From an uncultured Bacillota bacterium (GTDB lineage Bacteria > Sysuimicrobiota > Sysuimicrobiia > Sysuimicrobiales > Segetimicrobiaceae), in NCBI GenBank assembly GCA_963804645.1, contig CAWDRG010000022.1, forward strand, positions 32,001 to 96,000: DNA of 64,000 nt, given 5' to 3'. Shown here piece by piece: positions 22,765 through 33,258 of this stretch. The notes under the pieces were generated by a model. That model ran no database searches and had not been told where the DNA came from. It saw only the letters and a program-made list of their open reading frames with translations. Both the position numbers and the translations under genes were made by a program. The first letter of the stretch is position 1; each line of letters opens with the position of its first letter.

Positions 22765-23931
22765 CTACTCGATGCCGGAGACGGCCAGGACCGTGCGCAT
22801 GCGCGCGGCGGCCAGCTCCGGATCGCGCAGCAGCCGGGCCCGGTCGGCAAGCTCCAGCACGCGCCCGAGATGTACCACCGACCTGGCGCTCTCCAGCCCT
22901 CCGACCATGCGGAAGTGCGACTGATGCCCATTCAGATACGCGAGGAAGACGACGCCGGTTTTGTAATAGAAGGTGGGGGCGCCAAAGATGTGCCGCGAGA
23001 GCGGCACGGTCGGCGCGAGGATCGCCTCGTACGCGTCGACCGCGCCGCGGTCGAGCGCCTGCAGCGCCGCGGATGCCGCCGGCGCGATGGCGTCGAAGAT
23101 ACCGAGCAGCGCGTGACTGTGCCCCCGCGCATCCCCCCGGATCAGCTCCGCGAAGTTGAAGTCGTCGCCGGTGTAGGTACGCACGTCGTGCCGGCTCAGC
23201 CGCTCGCGGAGCGCAAGCTCCCGCTCCCCCTCGAGCAGCGAGATCTTCACGCCGTCGATCTTGGACGCGTGCGCGGCCACGATCTGCAGCACGACGTCGG
23301 TGGCACGGTCCAGGTCCCGGACGCCCCAATAGCCGGCGAGCTGCGGGTCGAACATCTCGCCCAGCCAGTGCAGGATCACGGGGCGCGACACCCGCGACAG
23401 GACGTGGCCGTAGACCCGCCGATACTCGTCCGGGTCCGCGGCGCGCGCGGCCAGGTGGCGACTCGCCATCACCACCACGGTGGCGCCGGCGTCTTCGATG
23501 ACCGCGCACTGTTCGTCGTACGCCCGCTCGATCGCCGCGAGATCCGCCGGACCCGGCGGCAGCTGGTCGGTGTTCGCGCCGCAGGCAAGCCCGCCGCCCA
23601 CGGCGCGGGCCTCGGCCGCCGTCCGCTGAATGAGCTCCCGGCACGCCGCCCAGCCGAGCCCCATCCCCCGCTGGGCCGTGTCCATCGCGTCCGCGACCGA
23701 CAGGCCGAGCGACCAGAGATAGCGCCGGTAGGCGAGCGTCGCGTCCCAGTCCAGCCGCGCGTCGCCCGCTGACGTCGGCTCCGCGAACGGGTCGGCGACC
23801 ACGTGCACCGCCGCATACGCGACCCGGTTCCGGAACGGTCCCGCCGGCTGCCCGTACGGGGACGCCTCCCCGAGCGTGTGCCGCACGAGACTCCGGTCCG
23901 CGCGGGGCAGGACGACCCAGGGACGCGTCAC
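22765..23931 (-). CDS. DUF993 / DHDPS-like family protein
   Basis: AYAAVHVVADP, AMDTAQRGMGL, ILHWLGEMFDP, YTGDDFNF, YKTGVVFLA. Confidence 0.88.
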   Translation of the reverse strand: MTRPWVVLPRADRSLVRHTLGEASPYGQPAGPFRNRVAYAAVHVVADPFAEPTSAGDARLDWDATLAYRRYLWSLGLSVADAMDTAQRGMGLGWAACRELIQRTAAEARAVGGGLACGANTDQLPPGPADLAAIERAYDEQCAVIEDAGATVVVMASRHLAARAADPDEYRRVYGHVLSRVSRPVILHWLGEMFDPQLAGYWGVRDLDRATDVVLQIVAAHASKIDGVKISLLEGERELALRERLSRHDVRTYTGDDFNFAELIRGDARGHSHALLGIFDAIAPAASAALQALDRGAVDAYEAILAPTVPLSRHIFGAPTFYYKTGVVFLAYLNGHQSHFRMVGGLESARSVVHLGRVLELADRARLLRDPELAAARMRTVLAVSGIE

Positions 23932-23953
23932 CGCGGCGCCTCGACGCGGCGGC

Positions 23954-25105
23954 TCACAGGGTCAGCTCCGGCACGTCGATCCACCGTCGTTCGCGCCACG
24001 ACCGCAGCCCGGCCTCGGCGAGCTGGACTCCCTTCGCGCCCTCGAGGAACGACCACGGGAACGGCGTGCCCTGCGCCACGTGACGCAGAAACAGCTCCCA
24101 CTGCACCTTGAACGCGTTGTCGAACCGCTGGTTGTCCGGCACCTCCTGCCAGTGATCCCGGTAGACCTCGGGGGTCGGACGATCGGGGTCCCAGACCGCG
24201 CGGACCGTGTTCGCGCGATGCTGGACCGTGCACCCCCACAGCCCCGCGACCGCGCTGCCGTCGGTTCCGTCGACCTGGACGCTCAGCAGCTCGTCCCGGT
24301 ACACCCGCACGCACCACGAGGAATTGAACTGGGCGATGACTCCGCCGTCCAGCTCGAACGCCGCGTACGCGGCGTCCGCCGCGGTGCCGGCGTAGGGCTC
24401 GCCGCGCTCGTCGACCCGGCGCGGGATGTGCGTCGCGCCGACGCAGACGACGCGCCGCACCGTCCCGAAGAGACCGTCCAGCACGTACCGCCAGTGGGGA
24501 AACATGTCGAGGATGATCCCGCCGCCGTCCTCTTTCCGGTAGTTCCACGACGGGCGCTGCGCGGGCTGCCAGTCGCCCTCGAACACCCAGTAGCCGAACT
24601 CTCCCCGCACCGACAGCAGCCGGCCGAAGAAGCCCCCGTCGAGGAGGCGCTTGAGCTTGCGCATCCCGGGCAGAAACAGCTTGTCCTGCACGACCCCGTT
24701 CCGGACCGAGGCCGCGGCCGTGAGGCGCGCGAGGTCGAGACTGGTCTCGAGATCGTCGGCGAGGGGCTTCTCGACATAGACGTGCTTGCCCGCGCGGATC
24801 GCCCGGCGCGTGGCGTCGGCCCGCGCGGACGTCACTTGGGCGTCAAAGTAGATCTGCGCCGCCGGATCGCCGAGGCAGCCGTCCAGGTCGGTGCTCCACC
24901 GCTCGAGCCCGAACCGAGCCGCGAGCGCGGCCAGCTTGCCGCCGTCGCGCCCGACGAGGATCGGTTCCGGCCAGACGACGTCGCCGCTGTCGAGCGCCAC
25001 CCCGCCCTGGTCGCGGATCGCAACGATCGAGCGCGCGAGGTGCTGGTTTGTGCCCATGCGGCCGGTCACCCCATTCATGACGATCCCCAACGTGACTCGG
25101 GCCAC
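23954..25105 (-). CDS. Gfo/Idh/MocA family oxidoreductase
   Basis: GGAGGAG RBS plus GTG; IVMNGVTGRMG, GKHVYVEKP, GGIILDMFPHW. Confidence 0.92.
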   Translation of the reverse strand: MARVTLGIVMNGVTGRMGTNQHLARSIVAIRDQGGVALDSGDVVWPEPILVGRDGGKLAALAARFGLERWSTDLDGCLGDPAAQIYFDAQVTSARADATRRAIRAGKHVYVEKPLADDLETSLDLARLTAAASVRNGVVQDKLFLPGMRKLKRLLDGGFFGRLLSVRGEFGYWVFEGDWQPAQRPSWNYRKEDGGGIILDMFPHWRYVLDGLFGTVRRVVCVGATHIPRRVDERGEPYAGTAADAAYAAFELDGGVIAQFNSSWCVRVYRDELLSVQVDGTDGSAVAGLWGCTVQHRANTVRAVWDPDRPTPEVYRDHWQEVPDNQRFDNAFKVQWELFLRHVAQGTPFPWSFLEGAKGVQLAEAGLRSWRERRWIDVPELTL

Positions 25106-25222
25106 GGTGCGCTCCTCCATCTCCTGAGACCAGTCGGCCCAGTGTTCTCCACCCCCGGAGGTGTGCTCCTCCGTTGTCCCGATCGGCTTGGCGGGCCACG
25201 CGCCGTCAGGCACAATGGAGGC

Positions 25223-26305
25223 ATGCCGACGGCGTTCACCGCCAGGCTGAGCCTGAGATGGTGCTTACTCCTCATTCCGCTCTCCGTGGTCCTGTCCGTG
25301 ATCGCGACGGCGGTGCCGAACGGGGCGCTCCTCGCCTTCCTCGCCGCGGCGGGTGCGCTCATGCCCCTGGCTGAACTGATCGGCGTCTGCACCGAGCAGA
25401 TCGCCGTGCACGCCGGGCCGCGCACGGGGGGCCTGCTCACCGCGACGTTCTCAAACGTGCCCGAGCTGATCCTCGCCGTCTTCCTGCTCGCCGGCGGTCA
25501 GGCCGTGATCGTCAAGGCCTCGCTCACGGGCTCAATCGTCGCGAACATCCTGCTCGTGCTCGGCGCGGCGTTCCTCGCCGGCGGCCGCGGACAGCGGGTC
25601 CAGCGCTACAGCGCCGCGGCCGCCGGGGTGCACGCCACCACGCTGACCCTCGCCGTGATCGGCTTTCTGATGCCCGGCGTGTTCGTGCTGACCACGGGCG
25701 CCCACGATGCCTTTCAGCTGGAGGTCGTCAGCACGGTCGTCGCGGTCGTGCTGATCACGCTGTATCTCGCCGCCCTCGTCTTCACGCAGGCGAACCGGGA
25801 CAGCTTGTTTCGCGCCCCGAAGATGGAGGACGGCGCCGTCTGGTCCCTGGCGCTGAGCGTCGTCCTCCTCGTGCTCGCGGCCGGGGCGACCGCCCTGGAG
25901 GCCGGGCTGCTGGTGCGGGCGCTCGAACCCGCCTTGGCGATCATCGGACTGTCCAAGTTCTTCGTCGGCTTTATTTTGGTGCCCATCATCGGCAACGTCG
26001 CGGAGGCCAGTTCCGCCGTGCGTTTCGCGCTCCGGAACAACCTGGACGTCACGTTTGAGATCGCGATCGGCTCGTCCACGCAGGTCGCCCTCTTCGTCGC
26101 GCCCGCGCTGGTCCTGATCAGCCTGGTGCTGCGGCACCCCATGGATCTAGTGTTTACCGCGTTCCAGCTCACGGCGGTGGGGCTCTCGACGTTGATCTTG
26201 GCGCTCGTCTCCCACGACGGACGAAGCAACTGGCTCGAAGGCGCGCAACTCGTCGCCGCGTACATGATCGTCGCCACCTCGTCGTTCTTCGTAGGATCCC
26301 CGTGA
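25223..26305 (+). CDS. cax: Ca2+/H+ antiporter (CAX/ChaA family)
   Basis: GGAGG RBS; alpha-repeats ATFSNVPEL, GSIVANILL, GNVAE, IGSSTQVALF; NWLEG. Confidence 0.92.
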   Translation: MPTAFTARLSLRWCLLLIPLSVVLSVIATAVPNGALLAFLAAAGALMPLAELIGVCTEQIAVHAGPRTGGLLTATFSNVPELILAVFLLAGGQAVIVKASLTGSIVANILLVLGAAFLAGGRGQRVQRYSAAAAGVHATTLTLAVIGFLMPGVFVLTTGAHDAFQLEVVSTVVAVVLITLYLAALVFTQANRDSLFRAPKMEDGAVWSLALSVVLLVLAAGATALEAGLLVRALEPALAIIGLSKFFVGFILVPIIGNVAEASSAVRFALRNNLDVTFEIAIGSSTQVALFVAPALVLISLVLRHPMDLVFTAFQLTAVGLSTLILALVSHDGRSNWLEGAQLVAAYMIVATSSFFVGSP

Positions 26306-26402
26306 CGGCGAGACACGCGCGTTGCAATGCGGACGGCGTCGTGCTATGCCAACCAGGGACCGGAGTGCGGACACACGATCGCGCCGGCGGGGAGACGTGG
26401 GG

Positions 26403-27182
26403 ATGAAGTTCGGCTGCTGCGTGTCAGGGTTTGATCAGGTGGCCGCGGTCGAGGCCGCCGGGGCCGACTACTACGAACTGCCGGTCGCGACCGCCGTCAT
26501 GGCGGACGGCGAGGCCGGCCGCGCGGCGTTCCTGGCGGCGATCCCGCGGTACCGACTCCGGCCGACCGCGTACAACATCCTGTTTCCGCGGACGATCCTC
26601 CTCGTCGGACCGGCGGTCGACCGGGCCGCCGTCGGCCGCTACGTGGTCGAGGCCCTGGACCGCGTCGCGGCGGCCGGCGGGCGCGTGGTGGTCTTCGGGA
26701 GCGGCCGGTCGCGCGCCGTGCCGGATGGAGTCGACCGGGCCAGCGCGCTGGATGAGCTCGAACGGCTCCTCCGCTGGACCGCCGCGGAGGCGAGCAGGCG
26801 GGGCGTGGTCGTCGCGCTCGAACCGCTCCGCCGCGCCGAGAGCAACGTCTTCAACAGCCTCGGCGAATGCGCCGCGTTCCTGCGCGACCGACGGCTCGGC
26901 GAACTCCGGCTGGTGGCCGACTCCTACCATATGGTGGAAGAGGGCGAACCGCTCGAGGCGATCGATGCGGCAGGCGACCGCATCGCACATGCGCACGTCG
27001 CGGACTCGGGTCGGGTGCCGCCCGGCCGCGGACAGTATGAGTTCAGCAGGTTCTTTGCGAGGCTCCACGCCTCGGGGTATCACGGCGACTGCTCGATCGA
27101 GTGCGTCTGGACCGATTTCGCGAGCGAGATCGCGACCAGTCTCGAGGTGGTCCGCCGGGCCGCCGCGGAGGGCGGCTGGTGA
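26403..27182 (+). CDS. sugar phosphate isomerase/epimerase (ketose 3-epimerase-like TIM barrel)
   Basis: MKFGCC, VVFGSG, LEPL...ESN, DSYHM, HAHVAD, SIEC metal-binding motifs. Confidence 0.85.
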   Translation: MKFGCCVSGFDQVAAVEAAGADYYELPVATAVMADGEAGRAAFLAAIPRYRLRPTAYNILFPRTILLVGPAVDRAAVGRYVVEALDRVAAAGGRVVVFGSGRSRAVPDGVDRASALDELERLLRWTAAEASRRGVVVALEPLRRAESNVFNSLGECAAFLRDRRLGELRLVADSYHMVEEGEPLEAIDAAGDRIAHAHVADSGRVPPGRGQYEFSRFFARLHASGYHGDCSIECVWTDFASEIATSLEVVRRAAAEGGW

Positions 27183-27308
27183 ACGGGACCCGACACCTGG
27201 GCGAGCGGACGACCGGGTGATCGTCCGCACCGCTCACGACGCCGACGCATAGGAGCGCTCGCGTCCCGGCACAGGGAGGATGCCGGGCGGCGGCGAAGCC
27301 CAGCGCCG

Positions 27309-28011
27309 ATGCACCTCGAGGCCCCTGCGCGCGATCCCGTGTACGTGGCCGAGGTCCTGGCGCGACGGTACGCGTTCGCCTGTCGCGAGGAGTGTCCGTA
27401 CCTCGTCGAGGTGCTCCTCGCGCACGTGCTCATGCTGCGCCGACAGCGGATCCTTCCGGAGCACGACGCCGTGCTCACCCTGCGCGCGCTGCGGTCGATC
27501 ACGCCCGCCAGCCTGCCCCCGTACGATCCTCAATGGGAGGATCTCTACTTTGTCATCGAGACGCACGTCGCACAGGCGACCGGAGGACGCGGAGAGTTCC
27601 GCATCGCGCTGAGCCGCAACGACGCCTGGGCGACGCTCGTGCGCCTCGCCTTGCGTGATCAGACGCTCGGCCTGCTCGCCGCCCTGGACGGGCTGCGCGA
27701 GGCGGTGCTCGATCAGGCCGACCGGCACCGCGGGACGCTGTTTCTAGCCTCTACCCACCAGCAGCATGCCCAGCCGACGACCGTCGCGCACTACCTGCTA
27801 GCCGTCGCCGCGACGCTGGGCCGGTGTGCCGACCGGTACCGGGGCGCGCTCGCGCGTCTGAACCAGAGCCCGCTCGGCGCTGGAGCGCTGACGACCACCG
27901 GCTTCCCGATCGACCGGGCCTACGCCGCGGACCTCCTCGGATTTTCCGGCCTCGTGGAAAACAGCTATGACGCGGGCGCGTCCGCAGACCATGTCGGAGA
28001 ACTCGCGGGCA
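27309..28011 (+). pseudogene. argininosuccinate-lyase-family gene, 3'-truncated
   Basis: SRND, THQQHAQPTT, SPLGAGAL.TTGFPIDR, ENSYDA. Similarity stops at about 28010, before the signature SS.MP.K.N loop. Confidence 0.75.
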
Positions 28012-28170
28012 GCCACCGACTCGAGCTGGTTTCCGCGCGGCTTCGCAGTGCGCTATCTCGAGGAACAGCTCCGGGCGTGCTGGGAGTTGAAGTGCAGTGA
28101 GGCCGACGTCCAGGCGATCTTCGGCGGCAACGCCGCGCGGCTCCTGGGAATCGCGCTGACGAACGGCTGA
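28012..28170 (+). pseudogene. C-terminal fragment of an amidohydrolase-2-family protein
   Basis: TDSSWFPRGF...QAIFGGNAARLLG* in a different frame from the argH-like fragment. Confidence 0.65.
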
Positions 28171-28269
28171 CTCGGCCGGACGCGGATCTGGACGGGCGCG
28201 CTGCGCGGGCCCGGCAACAGCCGGGGCCCCAACAGGTGCGCAGGTCGGGCATGAAAGGAGGGAGCGGCG

Positions 28270-29103
28270 ATGCGAGTGGAGCACAGCGTGGCTCTCGTTA
28301 CCGGCGCGGGACGCGGCCTGGGGTGGGGGATCGCCCGGGCATTCGGCCTCGCCGGCGCGCGGGTCTGCGCGCTCGACATCAACGGCGATGAACTGGAGCG
28401 CTGCGCCCGCGACCTCGCGGCGGACCACGCGGAGTTTCAGGTCTCCCGATCGGATGTGGCCGACCTCGCGGAGTGCCAGCGCGTCGTGCGGGAACTCGTG
28501 GATCGCTGGGGACGTCTGGACGTCGTCGTGCACAACGCGATCTACATGCCGCTCGTGACGTTCGGGGCGACGACGCCGCAGGAATGGTCGCGCCAGCTCG
28601 ATGTCGGGATCGGCGGCCTGTTCAACTGCGCGCACGCCGTCTGGGAACAGATGAAGGCGCAGGGCGGCGGCCACATCATCGGGGTCGCGAGCGGCTCGAG
28701 CGTCCGAGGGTACAAGGAGGAAATCGCATACTGCACCATCAAGCACGGCGTCGAGGGGTTCGTCAAGGCGCTCTCCCTCGAAGCTGCCGCTCACAACATC
28801 GCGATCAACACGATGGGTCCGGGGGCCCGCATCAAACCGACGCGCATGACGTGGGCGGACTACGATCGCGCCCCCGCGGACGTGAAGGCGCGGTGGGCGG
28901 ATCCGGTCGAACTGGGCCGAGGCTTTGTCTGGCTCGCCGCGCAGCCGCCGAGCCGGTTCTCCGGCTATCGCTTCGATGCCGGGACCGTGATGCAGACTAT
29001 CGCGCGGGAGGGCGACGCGTTTGCATTCGCGCCCGAGAAGGTGACGCTCTACCCGGACGATTTCCGCGCACGCCAGGAATGGTACCGCACCTACCCAGAC
29101 TAG
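28270..29103 (+). CDS. SDR family oxidoreductase
   Basis: VTGAGRGLG, HNA, YCTIK (YxxxK); strong RBS. Confidence 0.93.
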   Translation: MRVEHSVALVTGAGRGLGWGIARAFGLAGARVCALDINGDELERCARDLAADHAEFQVSRSDVADLAECQRVVRELVDRWGRLDVVVHNAIYMPLVTFGATTPQEWSRQLDVGIGGLFNCAHAVWEQMKAQGGGHIIGVASGSSVRGYKEEIAYCTIKHGVEGFVKALSLEAAAHNIAINTMGPGARIKPTRMTWADYDRAPADVKARWADPVELGRGFVWLAAQPPSRFSGYRFDAGTVMQTIAREGDAFAFAPEKVTLYPDDFRARQEWYRTYPD

Positions 29104-29161
29104 ATCGGGGGCGCGGCGGCCGGTCGGCCATCGACGCCCACCCGAAAAGGAGCCGCAGACC

Positions 29162-30097
29162 GTGCCCAGTATCTATGACTCGCTCAGATGGAACGAACTC
29201 CGCGTCACGGCGCACGCCGCCGCCCAGCACATTCCCCTGAAGTTCGGCGAAGCCGGCACGACCGGCACGCGCGCCACCCTGATCGCCGGGACGCACGGCG
29301 ACGAGGGGCCCTGGTCCGCGCTCGCGATCAAGATGTTCTGCGAGCGGCCGGTCTCCCAGCTCACCGGGCGGTTGCGCGTGATCTTCACCGCGAACGCCCT
29401 CGCCGCGGAGGTCGAGCGGCGCAACTCCTGGATCGACTCGCCGAACTCGATCGACCTGGACAGCGTCTTTCCCGGCAACGCCGAAGGCTCGCACACCGAC
29501 CGGCTCGCGGCCGCCCTCGCGCCCCTCATCGCCGACAGCGACGTCGTCATCGACCTGCACGGGGGCGGCACGTGGTGCATCAACGCGTTCGTGAAGCGGT
29601 TCGAGGGATCCGAGCAGCTGGCCGCCGATCTCGGCGCCCCCTTCATCAGCAACGCGCCGAACAAGCGCGGCGGGCTCACCACCTACGCCCGCTCGCTGGG
29701 GATCAAGGTCGCCAACGTGGAGGTCGGCGGACGGTCGGGCCGAGAGATGTATTGGACCGAACGAAACGTGCGCGGCCTCGAGCGCGCCCTCGCCACCCTC
29801 GGCGTCGTCAAGCCCGACCGGGCCCCCGCGCCCGCCGACCCGGCCATCGATGTCGGTAAGACCGAAGCAATGCGCGCCAAGGTGGGCGGCATCTTCGTGC
29901 CCACCCTGCGCGAGGACGCGGTGGGCACCATCGTCCCGGCCGGCACGGAGCTGGGCAAGATCCTCGACCTGCACACGCTGGCGGAGCTGCAGGTGTTCAC
30001 CGCCCCGTACGAGCGCACCGCGATGATGCTGATGCGTCCCCAGATCTGCACGGTCGAGGGGTCCGCCCTGGTGTATGTCCTCGCGCAGCCGGCCTAG
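29162..30097 (+). CDS. succinylglutamate desuccinylase/aspartoacylase (M14) family protein
   Basis: AGTHGDE, VFPG...GS, DLHGG, VEVGG, biotinyl-like C-terminal domain; AAGGAG RBS. Confidence 0.88.
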   Translation: MPSIYDSLRWNELRVTAHAAAQHIPLKFGEAGTTGTRATLIAGTHGDEGPWSALAIKMFCERPVSQLTGRLRVIFTANALAAEVERRNSWIDSPNSIDLDSVFPGNAEGSHTDRLAAALAPLIADSDVVIDLHGGGTWCINAFVKRFEGSEQLAADLGAPFISNAPNKRGGLTTYARSLGIKVANVEVGGRSGREMYWTERNVRGLERALATLGVVKPDRAPAPADPAIDVGKTEAMRAKVGGIFVPTLREDAVGTIVPAGTELGKILDLHTLAELQVFTAPYERTAMMLMRPQICTVEGSALVYVLAQPA

Positions 30098-30205
30098 GCG
30101 CCGGGCGCGTCGCGCGGCGGCGCGCGTCGTCGGCTCCCTGGTCGGTCGCGCTCCGCGTCCCGACCGGGGGCCGGGTCGCCTCGGCCGACCGGGGCGATCC
30201 GGCTC

Positions 30206-31783
30206 GTGCTGAGGCTGATCGCCCCGCAGTCGATCCCGGGATTCTTCGCCAACGCGGGCCAGGCCGCGGTCGAGCGTGCGCTCGTGCAGACGCTGCCGGA
30301 CACCGGGCGCGTGCACGTGTGCATCCTCGCGCTCGGCGACGCGGATGATCAAGCGCAGCTGGCGGAGTACTGCCGCCCGCATCTCCGCGACGCCCGCGTC
30401 AGCATCGTCCCATTCGATCCGTCGCTACCGGCGGATCTCCTCGCGGGATACGACGGGCTCATCCTGCACGGGCTGTCGCCGTTTCCCACCGTCCGGCGCT
30501 GGCTCCGGCGAGCGCGGGCCACGCGGCGCCTTCCCGTCGTGCAGCACATCCACAGTCTGTTCTTGGTGGAGTTCGAGCTGCGCCTGTACGCCCAATTATG
30601 GGCGGGCTGGCAGGGATGGCCGCCCGCCGCGTGGGTGGTCCCCACCCACAACACGGCCCGCCGCGCGCAGTTGATGCCGGGGATGCCGTCGGCCTACCCG
30701 CCCATGACTGTGGTCCCGCACGGGATCCTCGGCGATGAGATCAAGACCGGCGACCGGGGGCGCGGGCGGCGGCTCCTCGACGCGTCCGGCGACGATCTGG
30801 TGCTCCTCAGCCTCGCGCGGCTCTCCTCGGAAAAGTGCGACTACGTGCAGCTCGTCCATGCGATGCACGCCCTGCGGCAGACGAGCCCGCTCGGCGGGCG
30901 TCTGCTGCTCGCGCTCGCCGGGGGGTTGGGGCCGGATGACGTGGTGTACATGCAGCGTGTGCGCGCGCTGGTCGACGCGCTCGGCCTGCGCGAGCGGGTC
31001 CGGATCATCGACAACCTGGACGAGGATAAGAAGGCGGATGTCTTGGCCGCCGCCGACCTGTTCGTCTCCCTCGCCCGCAACCCGCAGGAGTCGTTCGGCA
31101 TCGCGCTCCTCGAAGCCCAGGCGGCCGGCCTCCCGATCGTGGCGAGCGACTGGAACGGCTATCCGGAGGTCCTGCCGCCCTGCTACCACGATCGCATGGT
31201 GCCCACCGTGGCGAGCCGCGCGTGCGCCCGGACGCTGAACTGGCGCCGCCTCTCCGACGCGACCGCGATCGACTTCACGGCGCTCGTCGGGCTGCTCCGG
31301 CGGTTCCTTGAGGATCCCGTCCTCCGCGAGGAGGTCGCCCGGGACGGCCGCGAGCACGCCGGGCGGTTCACGTGGCGCGCCACCGCCGAGCGCCTCGTGG
31401 CCGTGTGGGAGGAGCTGGACGCGCGCCACCGAGCCGGGCCAGCCGAGCGGGCCTCCGCCCTGCGCGCCGACCATCTCACGTGGCGGGGAGCCGCCCAGCG
31501 GCTCGTCGCCCTGTGGGAACCGCGACCGCGTCCGTCGCCTGTCGAAGGGCTGGCCACGCACTACACCGATCCGGCGCTCCGCTTCCGCGTGGGCACGGCG
31601 CTTCCGCCTTCGTTCGACGGTGAGGGGATCCCGCCCCGCGCGCGAGATCTCCTCGCGGCCAACGCGGGCCAGATCATGACGGTCGCCGAATGGAGGAACA
31701 CATCCGGCCTCTCGGCGATGTCCTCCGATCGCCTGTTCCTTCAACTCGTCCGCAGCGGTGCCGTGGCGCCGGCGCGAGCGTAA
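30206..31783 (+). CDS. glycosyltransferase family 4
   Basis: VVPHG, LARLSSEK, ESFGIALLEAQAAGLPIVASD (E-x7-E). Confidence 0.88.
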   Translation: MLRLIAPQSIPGFFANAGQAAVERALVQTLPDTGRVHVCILALGDADDQAQLAEYCRPHLRDARVSIVPFDPSLPADLLAGYDGLILHGLSPFPTVRRWLRRARATRRLPVVQHIHSLFLVEFELRLYAQLWAGWQGWPPAAWVVPTHNTARRAQLMPGMPSAYPPMTVVPHGILGDEIKTGDRGRGRRLLDASGDDLVLLSLARLSSEKCDYVQLVHAMHALRQTSPLGGRLLLALAGGLGPDDVVYMQRVRALVDALGLRERVRIIDNLDEDKKADVLAAADLFVSLARNPQESFGIALLEAQAAGLPIVASDWNGYPEVLPPCYHDRMVPTVASRACARTLNWRRLSDATAIDFTALVGLLRRFLEDPVLREEVARDGREHAGRFTWRATAERLVAVWEELDARHRAGPAERASALRADHLTWRGAAQRLVALWEPRPRPSPVEGLATHYTDPALRFRVGTALPPSFDGEGIPPRARDLLAANAGQIMTVAEWRNTSGLSAMSSDRLFLQLVRSGAVAPARA

Positions 31784-31998
31784 GCCGTCCAACCCAGCCA
31801 CCGCGCGCTCGAGCGTATTCGATTTCACCGGCGCACGCCGCGATGTTTGCTCCGCTCAATAGAGTAACCGGGGTCTCTGCACGGCCGGTCGCGAAAGAGA
31901 CAATCCGGTGCGCCCGCTATCCTCTGCTCGAATTAGCGCCCCTAGGCGGACGTCGAAGTTCAAATCGGCTGACGTACAAACCGAGCGTCCCGGGTTGT

Positions 31999-33258
31999 TC
32001 AGCTCTTCACCCGCTGGTCAGACCGTGCTTGCGGGACGGCCGGGTCCGGCGAGGACGGATTCGGCGCCAAAGCTCCGCGCGCAAGCGCAGTTGCCCCCGC
32101 TTGAAGAGCCATGTGGCCGCGCTGGATCCCTTCTGTAGTGAGCGCGCGCAACGCGGCTAAGTTTGAGGCCAGCCCCACGCATCCGATGATCATGCTGAGT
32201 GTTTTGGCCGATGTCACTCCAAGAATCCGCTGCGCTAAGAGCGCCCCCTCGTGCGCTTGCAGCGTGCCGCCCACGGTGCCCACTGCCATCGGCATCTCGA
32301 GCCGCCCCAACAGCGCACCATCGTCGACCGCCCAAGTGGCCAGCGGGCGGTAACTCCCCTTGATCGCGGCGAACGCGTGGGCGCCGGCCTCAACGCCCCG
32401 CCAGTCGTTCCCCGTCGCGAGTACCACCGCATCCACGCCATTCATAATACCTTTGTTATGTGTGGCAGCACGATAGGGATCGTCCTCCGCAAAATGTGAG
32501 GCGGCAGCGATGCGATCGCACACCTCAAGCCCGCCGAGTCCATCTGTCGCTAACGAAGCTGCGGGGATGCGAGCGAACGCACGGACGCACCGATGATCTG
32601 CCAAGTTGGTCAAGATGCGAAGTCCGCTCCGCCCGCCGGCGAGACGAGCCACATGATCCGCCAACGCCTCGGCCACCGTATTCGCCATATTCGCGCCCAT
32701 GGCATCTCTGCAATCGATATCGATATGGACCACAAGACGCTCAGACGTACCATCGTCGCGCTTTATCGCACGGACCGCAACGCTGCGGGCGCCACCGCCA
32801 CGTTCCTTCAGCCGGGGAACGGCCGCGTTGGCCAGGTGAAGCAACTCGTCCGTTCGCTCTAGTATCCGGTCGCGGGCGGCCTGGACATTCATAACGCCGC
32901 AGACCTCTAACTGAGCAGTCATGAGGGCGTCGTCGGCTTCAGCGTGGAATCCCCCGCCGTCGCGCACAATGCGCGCGCCATTCGAGGCTGCGGCAATCAC
33001 GGAAGGCTCTTCAACAACCATCGGGACCACGTAGTCTTGGCCGTTGATCAAGAAATTGAGCGCAAGCCCAAATGGGAGCGCGTACACTCCTACGACGTTC
33101 TCAACCAGTCGTTCTGCCCGCACCGCCGGGAGCCCGCCGCTGTCGAGGACCGCGATATCCTCGCGCTTCAGGGATCCGCGTCTCACCAGCTCTTCTCGGC
33201 GCGCGTCGATTGAAAGACGACGGAATGCCGGAATCCGTGAGCCGTGTTCAGCGCCCAT
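31999..33258 (-). CDS. mvaA: class II HMG-CoA reductase
   Basis: ENVVG, EEPSVIAA, DAMGAN, RAATHNKGIMNG, GTVGG, EGIQRGHM. Confidence 0.95.
   Translation of the reverse strand: MGAEHGSRIPAFRRLSIDARREELVRRGSLKREDIAVLDSGGLPAVRAERLVENVVGVYALPFGLALNFLINGQDYVVPMVVEEPSVIAAASNGARIVRDGGGFHAEADDALMTAQLEVCGVMNVQAARDRILERTDELLHLANAAVPRLKERGGGARSVAVRAIKRDDGTSERLVVHIDIDCRDAMGANMANTVAEALADHVARLAGGRSGLRILTNLADHRCVRAFARIPAASLATDGLGGLEVCDRIAAASHFAEDDPYRAATHNKGIMNGVDAVVLATGNDWRGVEAGAHAFAAIKGSYRPLATWAVDDGALLGRLEMPMAVGTVGGTLQAHEGALLAQRILGVTSAKTLSMIIGCVGLASNLAALRALTTEGIQRGHMALQAGATALARGALAPNPSSPDPAVPQARSDQRVKS

Noticed and set aside
23876..25222. 809-aa ORF giving the antiporter a long N-terminal extension
   Set aside because: The extension is the antisense shadow of the Gfo/Idh/MocA gene; an RBS and ATG lie at 25223.
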